Source: Patescibacteria group bacterium (lineage in GTDB: Bacteria > Patescibacteriota > Minisyncoccia > UBA6257 > 2-01-FULL-56-20). Taken from it: a stretch of DNA of 64,000 nt. The first letter of the stretch is position 1. Each line of letters begins with the position of its first letter. Below the pieces are notes generated by a model, which did not search any database, had not been told where the DNA came from, and saw only the letters and a list, made by a program, of their open reading frames with translations. Position numbers and translations under genes: made by a program. The stretch lies in contig JAGXBC010000003.1 in the NCBI GenBank assembly GCA_018971305.1, positions 28,325 to 92,324 on the forward strand. Direction: 5' to 3'. Shown here piece by piece: positions 8,297 to 16,744 of the stretch.

Positions 8297-11200
8297 ACGC
8301 CTCCAGCCTTACCGCTTCTTCGCAGATTATTTTTGGTTCGTTGTCGCGCCAGTTCATTCGGCCGTCCACGAGTACAACATTATTGTTTTCCCAAATCGCT
8401 GCGTTCTTAACGAGGATGCTATTGAAAACAACCACCTCTATTGATTGTTGTGATTTGTCTTCAATCGTTGCGAAAAGCATCGGCTGGCCGGTTTTCGTAA
8501 ATATTTTGTGTACCTTAGTAATAAGTCCAGCACAGCGCACCATGCCGTTCACGTCCTTTAGTTTTCGCAGGGTTTCTACGGAGCTTGCTTTAGCCTCTAT
8601 TATTCTTTGCGTATGGGAATTCATTGGATGGTCGGAAAGATAAAATCCCAGAAGTTCCTTCTCCCATTTAAGCTTTTCCTCTTTTATTGCCGGAATTGCC
8701 GGCTTCAGTTTCAGTGTCGGTGTTGGTGCGGCCCCAAAAAGTGAATTGGCTCGGCCATTATCTCCCAGTCCTTTCTTGAGCGAGGAGGAAAATCTCAGAA
8801 CATCATCCAGATTTTGCAGAACCTGGTTACGTTCAACGCCAAGTGATTCAAGGGCGCCGCACTTTGCCATGCTCTCCAAAGATTTTTTATTTAGGTCTTT
8901 GTGTTGGACGCGTTTTAATAGGTCTTCCAGACTCTTGAATTCTCCTCCGCGAATTCTTTCTTCGATAATGTTTCTTGTTATCTCGCTGCCGACATTTTTG
9001 ATAGCCAGAAGCCCGAATCTTATTTTAGGGCCTTCGGGAGTGAAGCTCACAAAGCTTTTATTTATATCCGGGGGCAGGATTTCCAATCCGGATTGCTTGG
9101 CTTCGCCGATAAGCAGGGCAATGCGGTCTAGATCCGACATTTCGGCGTTTAGGAGGCCAGCCATGAATTCCTCCGGATAATGGGCCTTGAGGTATGCGGT
9201 GCGATAGGCAATCGTGGCGTAGCAGGCCGAATGGGCCTTGTTAAAACCATAGCGGGCAAATGGTTCAATAAGTTCCCAGGTCCTGTCGGCGATGCTTTGC
9301 GGGATGTTGTTTTTGAGGCAGCCGTTAATAAATTTCTCTCGTTGCTCGTCAAGCAGACTTTTTATCTTTTTGCCCACTGCTTTTATGAGGAGATATCCTT
9401 CGCCGCGGGTAAGGCCCGCAAGTTTTGTAGCCATATCCATAACTTGTTCTTGATAGACGATGACTCCATAGGTGCTTTCCAGGATTTCTTTCATTATCGG
9501 GTGAAGATAGGTGATTTTTTCTTTGCCGTGTTTGCGGTTGATATATGTGGGAATAAGTTCCATCGGTCCAGGGCGGAAGAGGGCGACGAGGGCTATAAGG
9601 TCTTCAATCCTGGTTGGTTTGAGGTCTTTCATATAACGCTTCATACCGCTCGATTCAAACTGGAAGACTCCGGTGGTGTCTGCCGCCTGCAGCAGCTGGA
9701 ATGTTTTTTCGTCGTCAAGGGGAATATTGGAGATATCGATATCCACTCCGCGTGTGTCTTTTATCAGCCGCACCGCGTCTTCTATAATGGTTAGATTTTT
9801 AAGCCCGAGAAAATCTATTTTAAGAAGACCGAGGTCTTCAATCGCGTGCATTTCAAATTGCGTGATGATGGTGCTTTGGTCTTGCGGCGCGAACTGAAGC
9901 GGCACCAATTCCATGAGCGGATCTTTAGAAATCACTGTGGCACAGGCGTGAACGGAAGCGTGGCGGGCGACGCCTTCAAGATGAGACGCCACATCCAGAA
10001 CTTTTTTGGCATCCTCGTTTTTTGCATACAGCTCGGCAAGCTCGGGAACTTTTTCTATGGCGTCTTTTAGTTTGAAGCTGAACGGGATAAACTTGGCGAT
10101 CTGATCGCAAAAGCCATAACTCAATCCCATCGCCCGGCCAGCATCGCGCACGGCCGCGCGCGCGGCCATTGTTCCGAAAGTTATGATCCGGGCCACATGG
10201 TCTTCGCCGTATTTTTCTCTGGCGTAGGCGAGCACTTCGTCCCGCCTCCTGTCGGAAAAATCAATATCAATATCAGGCATCTGCACGCGCTCAGGATTAA
10301 GGAAGCGCTCAAATAGAAGTCCATAAGAAAGGGGATTAATATCCGTGATGTTGATGATATAAGAAACTATGCTTCCTGCAGCCGAGCCGCGCCCGGGGCC
10401 TACGGCGATACCGTGAGTCTTCGCCCAGTTTACGAGATCCTGGACTATCAAGAAATAGTCGGCAAATCCGGTCTTCACGATAACATCCAATTCGTAATTG
10501 ATTCGTGCCAATACTTCCTGAGTTTGTTCTTCTTGCGGGAATCTTTTGACTAGTTCTTGCATGACGAGTTCGCGAAGATAATCGTTGGCAGTTTTTCCCG
10601 GAGGTTTTGGGAAGTCGGGAAGAATAGGATTGCCGAGGGCAAGAGTTACGTTGCAGCGTTCGGCGATCTTCGCGGTTATCTCTATTGCTTCCGGAACAGC
10701 CGAGAATCTTTTCGCCATATCTTCCGGCGAGATGATTGCAAAATTATCTTCCTTCATAGAGAGACGGTCGTCGTCCGAAAGCTTGTTCCCGGTTTGCACG
10801 GCGAGGAGGACGTCGTGGTATTCGGCGTCTTCCGGGCGGGCGTAATGGCTATCTTGAGTCGCTACGAGGGGAATGCCGGTGGCTTTAGAAAGCGCTATCA
10901 GATTCGCTTCAATTTTTTCCGAATCGGGAATGTGCGGATGTTTTTGGATTTCTAAAAAATAATTTCCTTTGCCGAATATTATTTCGTACTCGCGAGCTAT
11001 CTCCTCCGCTTGTTTCGGTTTATCGGCTAAGAGCGCTCTAGCCACTTCGCCGCCAAGACAAGCAGACAGGGCAATAAGCCCTTCGTGGTGTTCGCGGAGA
11101 AGATCTTTGTCCACGCGCGGTTTGTAATAGAATCCTTCGAGGTGTGCCTTGGTTACGAGTTTGACCAGATTCTTCCAGCCGATTTCATTTTCCGCCAAAA

Positions 11201-11483
11201 GAATAAGGTGATGATAGCGTTCGCCCGGTTCCTTGCTGAATCTATCGCGGGGAGCGACGTATGTTTCTACTCCCAAAATCGGCTTAATGCCGGCCTTCGT
11301 TGCTTTTTTATAAAACTCCACTGCACCATAGAGTGCGCCGTGGTCCGTTACCGCTATGGAGTCCATTCCGAGCTCTTTTACGCGTGAGACGATATCGTCA
11401 ATTTTCGCTAGACCATCAAGCAGGGAATAGTGGGAATGGATGTGGAGGTGAGTGAATTTGGGCATGAAATATTTTTTAATCAT
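8295..11483 (-). CDS. dnaE: DNA polymerase III alpha subunit
   Basis: N-terminal PHP domain HLHIHSHYSLLDG. Polymerase core and OB domain follow. 1,062 aa. Confidence 0.9.
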   Translation of the reverse strand: MIKKYFMPKFTHLHIHSHYSLLDGLAKIDDIVSRVKELGMDSIAVTDHGALYGAVEFYKKATKAGIKPILGVETYVAPRDRFSKEPGERYHHLILLAENEIGWKNLVKLVTKAHLEGFYYKPRVDKDLLREHHEGLIALSACLGGEVARALLADKPKQAEEIAREYEIIFGKGNYFLEIQKHPHIPDSEKIEANLIALSKATGIPLVATQDSHYARPEDAEYHDVLLAVQTGNKLSDDDRLSMKEDNFAIISPEDMAKRFSAVPEAIEITAKIAERCNVTLALGNPILPDFPKPPGKTANDYLRELVMQELVKRFPQEEQTQEVLARINYELDVIVKTGFADYFLIVQDLVNWAKTHGIAVGPGRGSAAGSIVSYIINITDINPLSYGLLFERFLNPERVQMPDIDIDFSDRRRDEVLAYAREKYGEDHVARIITFGTMAARAAVRDAGRAMGLSYGFCDQIAKFIPFSFKLKDAIEKVPELAELYAKNEDAKKVLDVASHLEGVARHASVHACATVISKDPLMELVPLQFAPQDQSTIITQFEMHAIEDLGLLKIDFLGLKNLTIIEDAVRLIKDTRGVDIDISNIPLDDEKTFQLLQAADTTGVFQFESSGMKRYMKDLKPTRIEDLIALVALFRPGPMELIPTYINRKHGKEKITYLHPIMKEILESTYGVIVYQEQVMDMATKLAGLTRGEGYLLIKAVGKKIKSLLDEQREKFINGCLKNNIPQSIADRTWELIEPFARYGFNKAHSACYATIAYRTAYLKAHYPEEFMAGLLNAEMSDLDRIALLIGEAKQSGLEILPPDINKSFVSFTPEGPKIRFGLLAIKNVGSEITRNIIEERIRGGEFKSLEDLLKRVQHKDLNKKSLESMAKCGALESLGVERNQVLQNLDDVLRFSSSLKKGLGDNGRANSLFGAAPTPTLKLKPAIPAIKEEKLKWEKELLGFYLSDHPMNSHTQRIIEAKASSVETLRKLKDVNGMVRCAGLITKVHKIFTKTGQPMLFATIEDKSQQSIEVVVFNSILVKNAAIWENNNVVLVDGRMNWRDNEPKIICEEAVRLEA

Positions 11484-11572
11484 AAAGAATTTTTACCTAT
11501 TTTGGAAGGGGCAATTACATTAAATTGCGCCAAGTTTTTCTTTTTGCTACCATTTCTATGGGTTTCAGGGAC

Positions 11573-11585
11573 GCCACCTTAGCTC
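11573..11585 (+). repeat. 13-nt duplicate of the tRNA-Thr(TGT) 5' end (GCCACCTTAGCTC)
   Basis: Exact copy 46 nt upstream of the intact tRNA 5' end. Confidence 0.5.
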
Positions 11586-11618
11586 TCCGCCATCTGGTGG
11601 AAGCAGGAGTTACTGAAT

Positions 11619-11690
11619 GCCACCTTAGCTCAGCGGCAGAGCAACTGTTTTGTAAACAGTAGGTCCCCGGTTCAAATCCGGGAGGTGGCT
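11619..11690 (+). tRNA. tRNA-Thr (anticodon TGT)
   Basis: Hand-folded cloverleaf: acceptor GCCACCT/AGGTGGC, anticodon loop TTTGTAA, T-loop TTCAAAT. Confidence 0.8.
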
Positions 11691-11723
11691 CAGAGCCTAC
11701 CGGATTTGAACGGTAGGTGTGTC

Positions 11724-11795
11724 GCCGGAGTAGTTCAGTGGCAGAACACTTTCATGGTAAGAAAGGGGTCGGGAGTTCGATTCTCCCCTCCGGCT
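11724..11795 (+). tRNA. tRNA-Thr (anticodon GGT)
   Basis: Acceptor GCCGGAG/CTCCGGC, anticodon loop ATGGTAA, T-loop TTCGATT. Confidence 0.75.
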
Positions 11796-11841
11796 CACGT
11801 TAGAATTTATTAGTGAGGAACGAACTTAGAAATTCGTTACG

Positions 11842-11858
11842 CCCCGCCAGCGGCGGGG
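11842..11858. repeat. GC-rich hairpin CCCCGCC-AGC-GGCGGGG
   Basis: Perfect 7-bp stem. The same motif recurs at 36856 and, degenerate, at 12117. Confidence 0.5.
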
Positions 11859-11870
11859 AAAGCAAGGCAT

Positions 11871-12113
11871 ATGTACTACGTTTACATATTAAAATCCAGT
11901 AAAACTGGCAAATATTATATCGGTTATACCAGCGACTTGAAGAAAAGATTGAATTATCACAATAATGGGCGAACGCCTTCATTACGAAAGCATATCCCTC
12001 TTGGGGTTGCCAGGATTGAGGAATTCCGCTATTATGATGATGCTCGGAAACGAGAGCGACAAATTAAAAGTTATAAATCTGGCGAAGCTTTTAAAAGGTT
12101 ACTAAAGTCGTGA
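11871..12113 (+). CDS. GIY-YIG nuclease family protein (80 aa)
   Basis: YYVYILKS..GKYYIGYTSDLKKRLNYHN is the canonical GIY-YIG motif. Confidence 0.75.
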   Translation: MYYVYILKSSKTGKYYIGYTSDLKKRLNYHNNGRTPSLRKHIPLGVARIEEFRYYDDARKRERQIKSYKSGEAFKRLLKS

Positions 12114-12176
12114 CCACCACCGCCTTCGGCGGGGTATAAGATTTTGTAATCTCGCTTCGCTCAAACAAAATCTAAT

Positions 12177-12356
12177 ATGGCAAAATCAAAGCATTCAGAC
12201 AACTTAATAGTTCTGCGCTGCTCCGTCTGTAAGCGGAGGAATTACTACGCGAGTAAGAATAAAAAGAAAGTTGAACGCAAGCTGGAATACAAGAAGTATT
12301 GCAAGTGGTGCAGAAAACCCACCGTTCATAAGGAGGCCAAGATAGGAGGTAAATAA
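12177..12356 (+). CDS. rpmG: 50S ribosomal protein L33
   Basis: 59 aa, below the ORF-track cutoff. MAKSK...LRCSVCKRRNYY...KYCKWCRKPTVHKE carries the CxxC..CxxC zinc ribbon. Confidence 0.8.
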   Translation: MAKSKHSDNLIVLRCSVCKRRNYYASKNKKKVERKLEYKKYCKWCRKPTVHKEAKIGGK

Positions 12357-12386
12357 TATTTTGGCAATAAGTTAGAATTTAGAGGT

Positions 12387-12416
12387 CGTATCCCCCGGGG
12401 ATGTTCTCGGGATACG
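12387..12416 (+). other. hairpin CGTATCCC...GGGATACG abutting the tRNA-Trp 5' end
   Basis: 8-bp perfect stem. Possible processing or termination element after rpmG. Confidence 0.35.
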
Positions 12417-12417
12417 T

Positions 12418-12488
12418 GGGGGCATCGTTCAGTGGTAGGACAGCGGTCTCCAAAACCGCTAACGTGGGTTCGATTCCTACTGCCCCCG
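12418..12488 (+). tRNA. tRNA-Trp (anticodon CCA)
   Basis: Acceptor GGGGGCA/TGCCCCC, anticodon loop CTCCAAA. Confidence 0.8.
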
Positions 12489-12493
12489 CTAGC

Positions 12494-12527
12494 AAAAACT
12501 GATATTCACTATGAGTATCAGTTTTTG
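12494..12527. terminator. hairpin AAAACTGATA...TATCAGTTTT
   Basis: 10-bp stem with A and T flanks. Bidirectional-terminator-like. Confidence 0.5.
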
Positions 12528-12656
12528 GTATTGAGTACGAGGAATCGAACAGGAAAGGGGTCGGGAAAACTCTAGTTTTCCCGTGGCGGAAATATTAAAA
12601 CCGAGGGGTTTTAAAAGCGAGCGTAGCGAGCGCGTGAGATTCCCTTGGGCCATAGG

Positions 12657-12670
12657 CCTACTGCCCCCGC
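12657..12670 (+). repeat. 14-nt duplicate of the tRNA-Trp 3' end (CCTACTGCCCCCGC)
   Basis: Exact copy of the tRNA's 3' acceptor/T-stem region, about 170 nt downstream of the gene. Confidence 0.5.
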
Positions 12671-12742
12671 CCTCCGTATACATTGATTTTCCCCAAGTCG
12701 TGCTTCGCTTGTGTTTATAACCACTATGGTATAATTAACTTA

Positions 12743-13816
12743 ATGAATCGCCAAGGTTTTGCGCCGATAATCATCCTGCTTATTGTGGCGGGAATGTTAG
12801 TGATCGGCGGCGGTATTTGGTATTACAAAGCACATCCACCCGCAGCGTCATTAAATCAGCAGCAAAGTGAGTCTTCTACCTCTTCAGCCGCCACAACTGC
12901 GGGACCAATGGTCTGCGCCGCAAACGATATACATTGTCTCGCAGCCGCCGCCCAAAACTGCTCTCAGGCGAGCGTGGAATGGACACAAACATCAACCGTT
13001 CAAAATGTCTTCAATCAGACCACACAAATCAATCTCGCTATTAAAGGTCTTGATGCTACGGGGCGGTGTTCTTTTTCTGCCCGCATGGACAGCGTTGATC
13101 TCAGTTTAACAACGCAAGAGGAACAACAGGCGAAAGCGGCAGGGAACTCGGACGCGCGCATTCAACAGTTGTTACAGGGAGCAACGACTTTGGCGAGACA
13201 ACAATCGGTTGGTGCCGTTATTTCCTGTAGTTTCGCATCCAACAATCTCGTTCAGATACTCAATGATTTTGGCACGGCCAATCTTACATCGGACAATTGC
13301 ACCAAGACGTCCCCGGCCGGCACTAGTGTGCCGCTGCCTACGGGAACATCACCCGCACCAACCGGTGAACAATCCACCAGCTCTCCAATCTCTATTTCTC
13401 CTGCATCAACTTGGAGGACATATAGCGACAGTCAAGTAGGAATGACTATTCCATATCCGCCGAATTCTTCTCTGAGCGCCACTTTTTATATCGCAGGTTC
13501 AAGAACCATTACAATACTTAGTTCACAGTTGCGTGTGACAATTAACGTATCGCCTGCAAGTCGCTATAGCGTTTCTGGGCAAGCTGCAATTTACGAAGGT
13601 CAATTACAAAGTTATCCGACTTATTCAACCACCACGGCTAGCATAGCTGGTTATCCCACTCAAGTAATTTCGGCCGGTGATTCGTCCCTGGAACATGTTG
13701 CGTATGTGTTCGCAGCGGGTTCCCGAATATTCGACATCGACACTGCCTATGCTGGTTCTCTCGCAAAAGCCGATCTCGATAAGATGATTGGGGGGATTAC
13801 TATGATTGGGCAATAG
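12743..13816 (+). CDS. membrane-anchored Ser/Thr-rich extracellular protein (hypothetical)
   Basis: Probable start MNRQGF. A single N-terminal TM segment is followed by a low-complexity S/T/Q-rich ectodomain. Confidence 0.55.
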   Translation: MNRQGFAPIIILLIVAGMLVIGGGIWYYKAHPPAASLNQQQSESSTSSAATTAGPMVCAANDIHCLAAAAQNCSQASVEWTQTSTVQNVFNQTTQINLAIKGLDATGRCSFSARMDSVDLSLTTQEEQQAKAAGNSDARIQQLLQGATTLARQQSVGAVISCSFASNNLVQILNDFGTANLTSDNCTKTSPAGTSVPLPTGTSPAPTGEQSTSSPISISPASTWRTYSDSQVGMTIPYPPNSSLSATFYIAGSRTITILSSQLRVTINVSPASRYSVSGQAAIYEGQLQSYPTYSTTTASIAGYPTQVISAGDSSLEHVAYVFAAGSRIFDIDTAYAGSLAKADLDKMIGGITMIGQ

Positions 13817-14229
13817 CCCTAACACCTTCGGAAAGCCTGCTCGCCATCGTCAAGCCGTCCCTTCGTAGACCGCTTCCACGCAGAACATTCTTCCCCGACG
13901 ATCTCTCGATAGGAATTTCAGCCGTTCCGGGGGCGGGCAATGCTACGGGCAGTTCTGCCCGTAGCAATCTTCCAATTTCTGCTGAATTTTCAATGCTTTC
14001 GAGGTTAGACAAAAACCCTACTTGCGTGTGTTCTCGCGCTCATCCGCGCTTCGAGTGAGCTCTCGAATACATGCCATCGCAGACGTGAGAGATGGGTCCT
14101 GGGCGTTAATGAGGGCTCCTATATCCCTCACGTAGCTCCGCTCCTATTATCGTTTTTAACAGGTGATTAATTTGCCTGGAAATTTCCATTTTTGCGATAA
14201 ATTGCTAATCTGTTAATGAAGTTATTAAA
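13817..14229. other. ORF-free, comparatively GC-rich 400-nt stretch with a perfect hairpin (GCTACGGGCAG-TTC-TGCCCGTAGC); candidate structured RNA
   Basis: No convincing ORF on either strand. 11-bp perfect hairpin at about 13936-13960. Confidence 0.2.
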
Positions 14230-14301
14230 GGGCCGTTAGCTCAGTGGTAGAGCGCCTCATTTGCAATGAGGAGGCCACCGGTTCGATCCCGGTACGGTCC
14301 A
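14230..14301 (+). tRNA. tRNA-Ala (anticodon TGC)
   Basis: Acceptor with the G3:U70 Ala identity pair, anticodon loop TTTGCAA, T-loop TTCGATC. Confidence 0.8.
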
Positions 14302-14316
14302 CGTTTTTATATGGTA

Positions 14317-14344
14317 TTGCTTTTTAGATAGGATATGGTATAAT
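14317..14344 (+). promoter_or_regulatory. sigma70-like promoter (-35 TTGCTT, 16-nt spacer, -10 TATAAT)
   Basis: Consensus -10 hexamer at 14339-14344. Confidence 0.45.
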
Positions 14345-14351
14345 GAGACGC

Positions 14352-14650
14352 AGATGTTGCAAATAAATTTTGTTTAGAGGAGAAAAACTATGGTAGTGGA
14401 AGTAATGACAGTGAAAGTTGGGGTAGTCGTGAAAAGCGCGAGGTTCTCGTTGGATGTGGCGAGCGTCGACCAGAACACATTAAGTTTCTCCCATAAAGTC
14501 TGCGGTGGTTGCGGGGCCAGGTTTGGCTCCGCGGAACGATTCCATATCCACGGGAAGAGCGTTTATAAGAATACGGCCTTCCCGGATCGAAAGCATTAAT
14601 TTCTCCTGCGTGGCGCCTCATCGTGAGGCGCCACATTTCTTTTTTTTGGA
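14352..14650 (+). other. promoter-to-terminator transcript of about 300 nt: small CxxC ORF (14390-14599, 69 aa, SD AGGAGA) or an ncRNA
   Basis: Bounded by the promoter above and a strong terminator. The antisense frame gives Arg-rich junk. Confidence 0.3.
14610..14649 (+). terminator. rho-independent terminator GTGGCGCCTCA-TCG-TGAGGCGCCAC + U-tract
   Basis: 11-bp perfect stem followed by TTTCTTTTTTTT. Confidence 0.8.
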
Positions 14651-14678
14651 GTCTTGTTTTAGAATCATTCATGAAGAT

Positions 14679-14765
14679 GGTGGGGTGGCTGAGTGGCCGA
14701 AGGCGCCGCACTCGAAATGCGGTATACTCGAAAGGGTATCGTGAGTTCGAATCTCACCCCCACCG
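14679..14765 (+). tRNA. tRNA-Ser (anticodon CGA)
   Basis: Acceptor GGTGGGG/CCCCACC, anticodon loop CTCGAAA, long variable arm. Confidence 0.8.
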
Positions 14766-14848
14766 CACTCAGTACTTTTTATCGGCAGACGCGAGTGCAT
14801 AAAAATTATTGTTGAACGTTAAATATTTCAAGGTTGGCGACATAGTTA

Positions 14849-15469
14849 ATGACAAAAAATAAAAACATGACTCCCATTGAGGCGGAAAAAATCATAGAAA
14901 CATTTCACCAATCCATAATGGATTTGCGCCCCAATGCTATTGTGCAGTCAGCGAAAGAGTTGCCTTATACTTCTGCCAGGATCAAATTTGCACACTTTAT
15001 TTATGGGGAGCACTTAATTAAAAATGGTTTTTATATCGAAGGAAAAACGCCGGAGGAAACATCACAATTATTTGAAAAAAAATATCAAGAATTGATGGAG
15101 TCTTACGGACTGATTGACTCACTTTTTAGCGAGGAACCGGAGCCAATAAATATTGAATATAGAAAATACTTAGCAGGATTAAAAAATGGCGTAATTACTA
15201 ATTTTCACATACCAAATCCGTTTGGTGAATGCGGGCCGGTAAATGAATATCATAACTTCGTCGGTGAATGTTGGTTTTTAGAGCATCGTACAAATCTATT
15301 CAGCGATAATCCATTGGGAGCTTTTATTTATGAAGCTATCCGCAATAAGGCAATACAGGAAAAAGATACAAAAACACTTATCGAAATTGTTAATACCGCC
15401 AAAACTAGAGCCGTTGTTTTTCCAGGCAGAAGAACCAACAAGAAATCAATTTTTATTGAGCCAAATTAA
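14849..15469 (+). CDS. hypothetical protein (206 aa), first gene of an AT-rich two-gene cassette
   Basis: Clean ORF about 36% GC against a flank near 47%. No recognisable family. Confidence 0.5.
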   Translation: MTKNKNMTPIEAEKIIETFHQSIMDLRPNAIVQSAKELPYTSARIKFAHFIYGEHLIKNGFYIEGKTPEETSQLFEKKYQELMESYGLIDSLFSEEPEPINIEYRKYLAGLKNGVITNFHIPNPFGECGPVNEYHNFVGECWFLEHRTNLFSDNPLGAFIYEAIRNKAIQEKDTKTLIEIVNTAKTRAVVFPGRRTNKKSIFIEPN

Positions 15470-15472
15470 AAT

Positions 15473-16012
15473 ATGGGCGAAGAAGAAATCATAAAATTGA
15501 TAAAATCTAAATCTCAAGCCGTCGCCGAAAACTTACTTTTAACCCCCGAACTTACCAAAATCAAAGAACAGATCGAGAAATTTTTAGACCAGAACCTAAA
15601 AGGCGATGGTTTGTTATCGTTACGTTATCGTAAATTTAAACTTCCTAACAAGCAGAGGACCTTGTGGTCGGACACAAGCGGATTTCCAATTGGTGGCGAA
15701 AATTGGATAAAGCCATATATAGATTTTTTCGAGCAGTATATAACGGAAAAGAAAATCGTAAATCGGCTTGAAGATGAAAAACTTTGGGTTGAATCAAGAA
15801 CGCGGGGCAATGAGCAGCATCTATTGATTGGCGACAAGCAGAACGATGGGCAAAAAGTTCATTTGGTTTTTGGCGAAACCGGAGAAATAAGAATTGATAA
15901 AAAAGATCAACCCCCGGCCGAAGTTTTTAGAAAGGTAGAATCGGTATTAACTAAATCGGACGGGGACACCGTAAAATCGACATTGGAGTTCTTCAGAGAT
16001 AAGGTTGATTAA
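15473..16012 (+). CDS. hypothetical protein (179 aa), second gene of the cassette
   Basis: Starts 3 nt after the upstream stop. AT-rich, no recognisable family. Confidence 0.5.
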   Translation: MGEEEIIKLIKSKSQAVAENLLLTPELTKIKEQIEKFLDQNLKGDGLLSLRYRKFKLPNKQRTLWSDTSGFPIGGENWIKPYIDFFEQYITEKKIVNRLEDEKLWVESRTRGNEQHLLIGDKQNDGQKVHLVFGETGEIRIDKKDQPPAEVFRKVESVLTKSDGDTVKSTLEFFRDKVD

Positions 16013-16260
16013 AATTTGTCGCCAAGCCCTAAAGGTGTCGCGACTCGGAGGCCTCAGTGAACCGGCAGAAGGCATGCTAAAATACCCTTATAAACTTGCT
16101 ACTGGGGGCACTTAACTCCAGTGGCCCGCCAAGACAATTTATCATTATCGGATGAAGGGCCGGTAATTGACAAACTGATGGTATTTTGCAAAACTCCAGT
16201 CAGTTCTGGTGGGTTTATATTGGTACAGACCCCCCAATCTGATAGGGAGGTATAGAGATA

Positions 16261-16608
16261 ATGGTAAAAATATTCAGAGAGTTCTTCGGGCCTCGTCTGA
16301 ATGGGATTTTGGGATTTCTTTTGCGCTCGGTAGTCCACGGTATCGTGCTGAATATATTTTGGGGATGGTTTATCATTCCTTATTTCCCCTTGCCAAAATT
16401 GCCGCTGCCAGTCGCGATGGGAATTTATCTGATGATAGCTTTCGTTAAGCGCGACTATAGAAGCGATCTCATGAAACATTCCGAAATGATTGATTATGAC
16501 AACGAAGAAGCGGTTAAGCGGCTCTACGGGATAATGATGATGCGTGCCCTGTCCGCGTTAACGGCCGGGTGGCTGATCCATTTATTATGCCTGAAATTTA
16601 TCCGCTAA
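16261..16608 (+). CDS. small integral membrane protein (hypothetical)
   Basis: SD AGGGAGG 8 nt upstream. Three predicted TM helices. Preferred over the overlapping minus ORF 16099-16479. Confidence 0.45.
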   Translation: MVKIFREFFGPRLNGILGFLLRSVVHGIVLNIFWGWFIIPYFPLPKLPLPVAMGIYLMIAFVKRDYRSDLMKHSEMIDYDNEEAVKRLYGIMMMRALSALTAGWLIHLLCLKFIR

Positions 16609-16676
16609 CAAAAAATATGACAGCCTATACAAGATTTGCATCGGAAAACATTATTAATTCGCTAATATTTTTTACC

Positions 16677-16708
16677 GGCGGCCCGCGATAACGGCCGCTT
16701 TTTATTTT
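16677..16708 (+). terminator. rho-independent terminator GGCGGCC-loop-GGCCGC + TTTTTATTTT
   Basis: Seen in sequence downstream of the membrane-protein gene. Confidence 0.6.
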
Positions 16709-16744
16709 CTGGTAATCGCCGGTGGGATTTTATAAACTTTAGTA

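Noticed and set aside
8341-11387. Multiple plus-strand ORFs (8341-8643, 8746-9180, 9180-9794, 10557-10955, 11085-11387, etc.) inside the dnaE locus
   Set aside because: They lie antisense to a well-supported 1,062-aa DnaE reading frame. Their translations are low-complexity and Arg/Ser/Phe-rich, with no start context. These are typical shadow ORFs.
12489-12683. 64-aa minus-strand ORF downstream of tRNA-Trp
   Set aside because: It spans hairpins and the duplicated tRNA 3' end and has no SD. It is more likely non-coding spacer.
16099-16479. 126-aa minus-strand ORF
   Set aside because: It overlaps the plus-strand 3-TM membrane-protein ORF, which has a strong SD (AGGGAGG) and a downstream terminator. 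The plus-strand gene is preferred.
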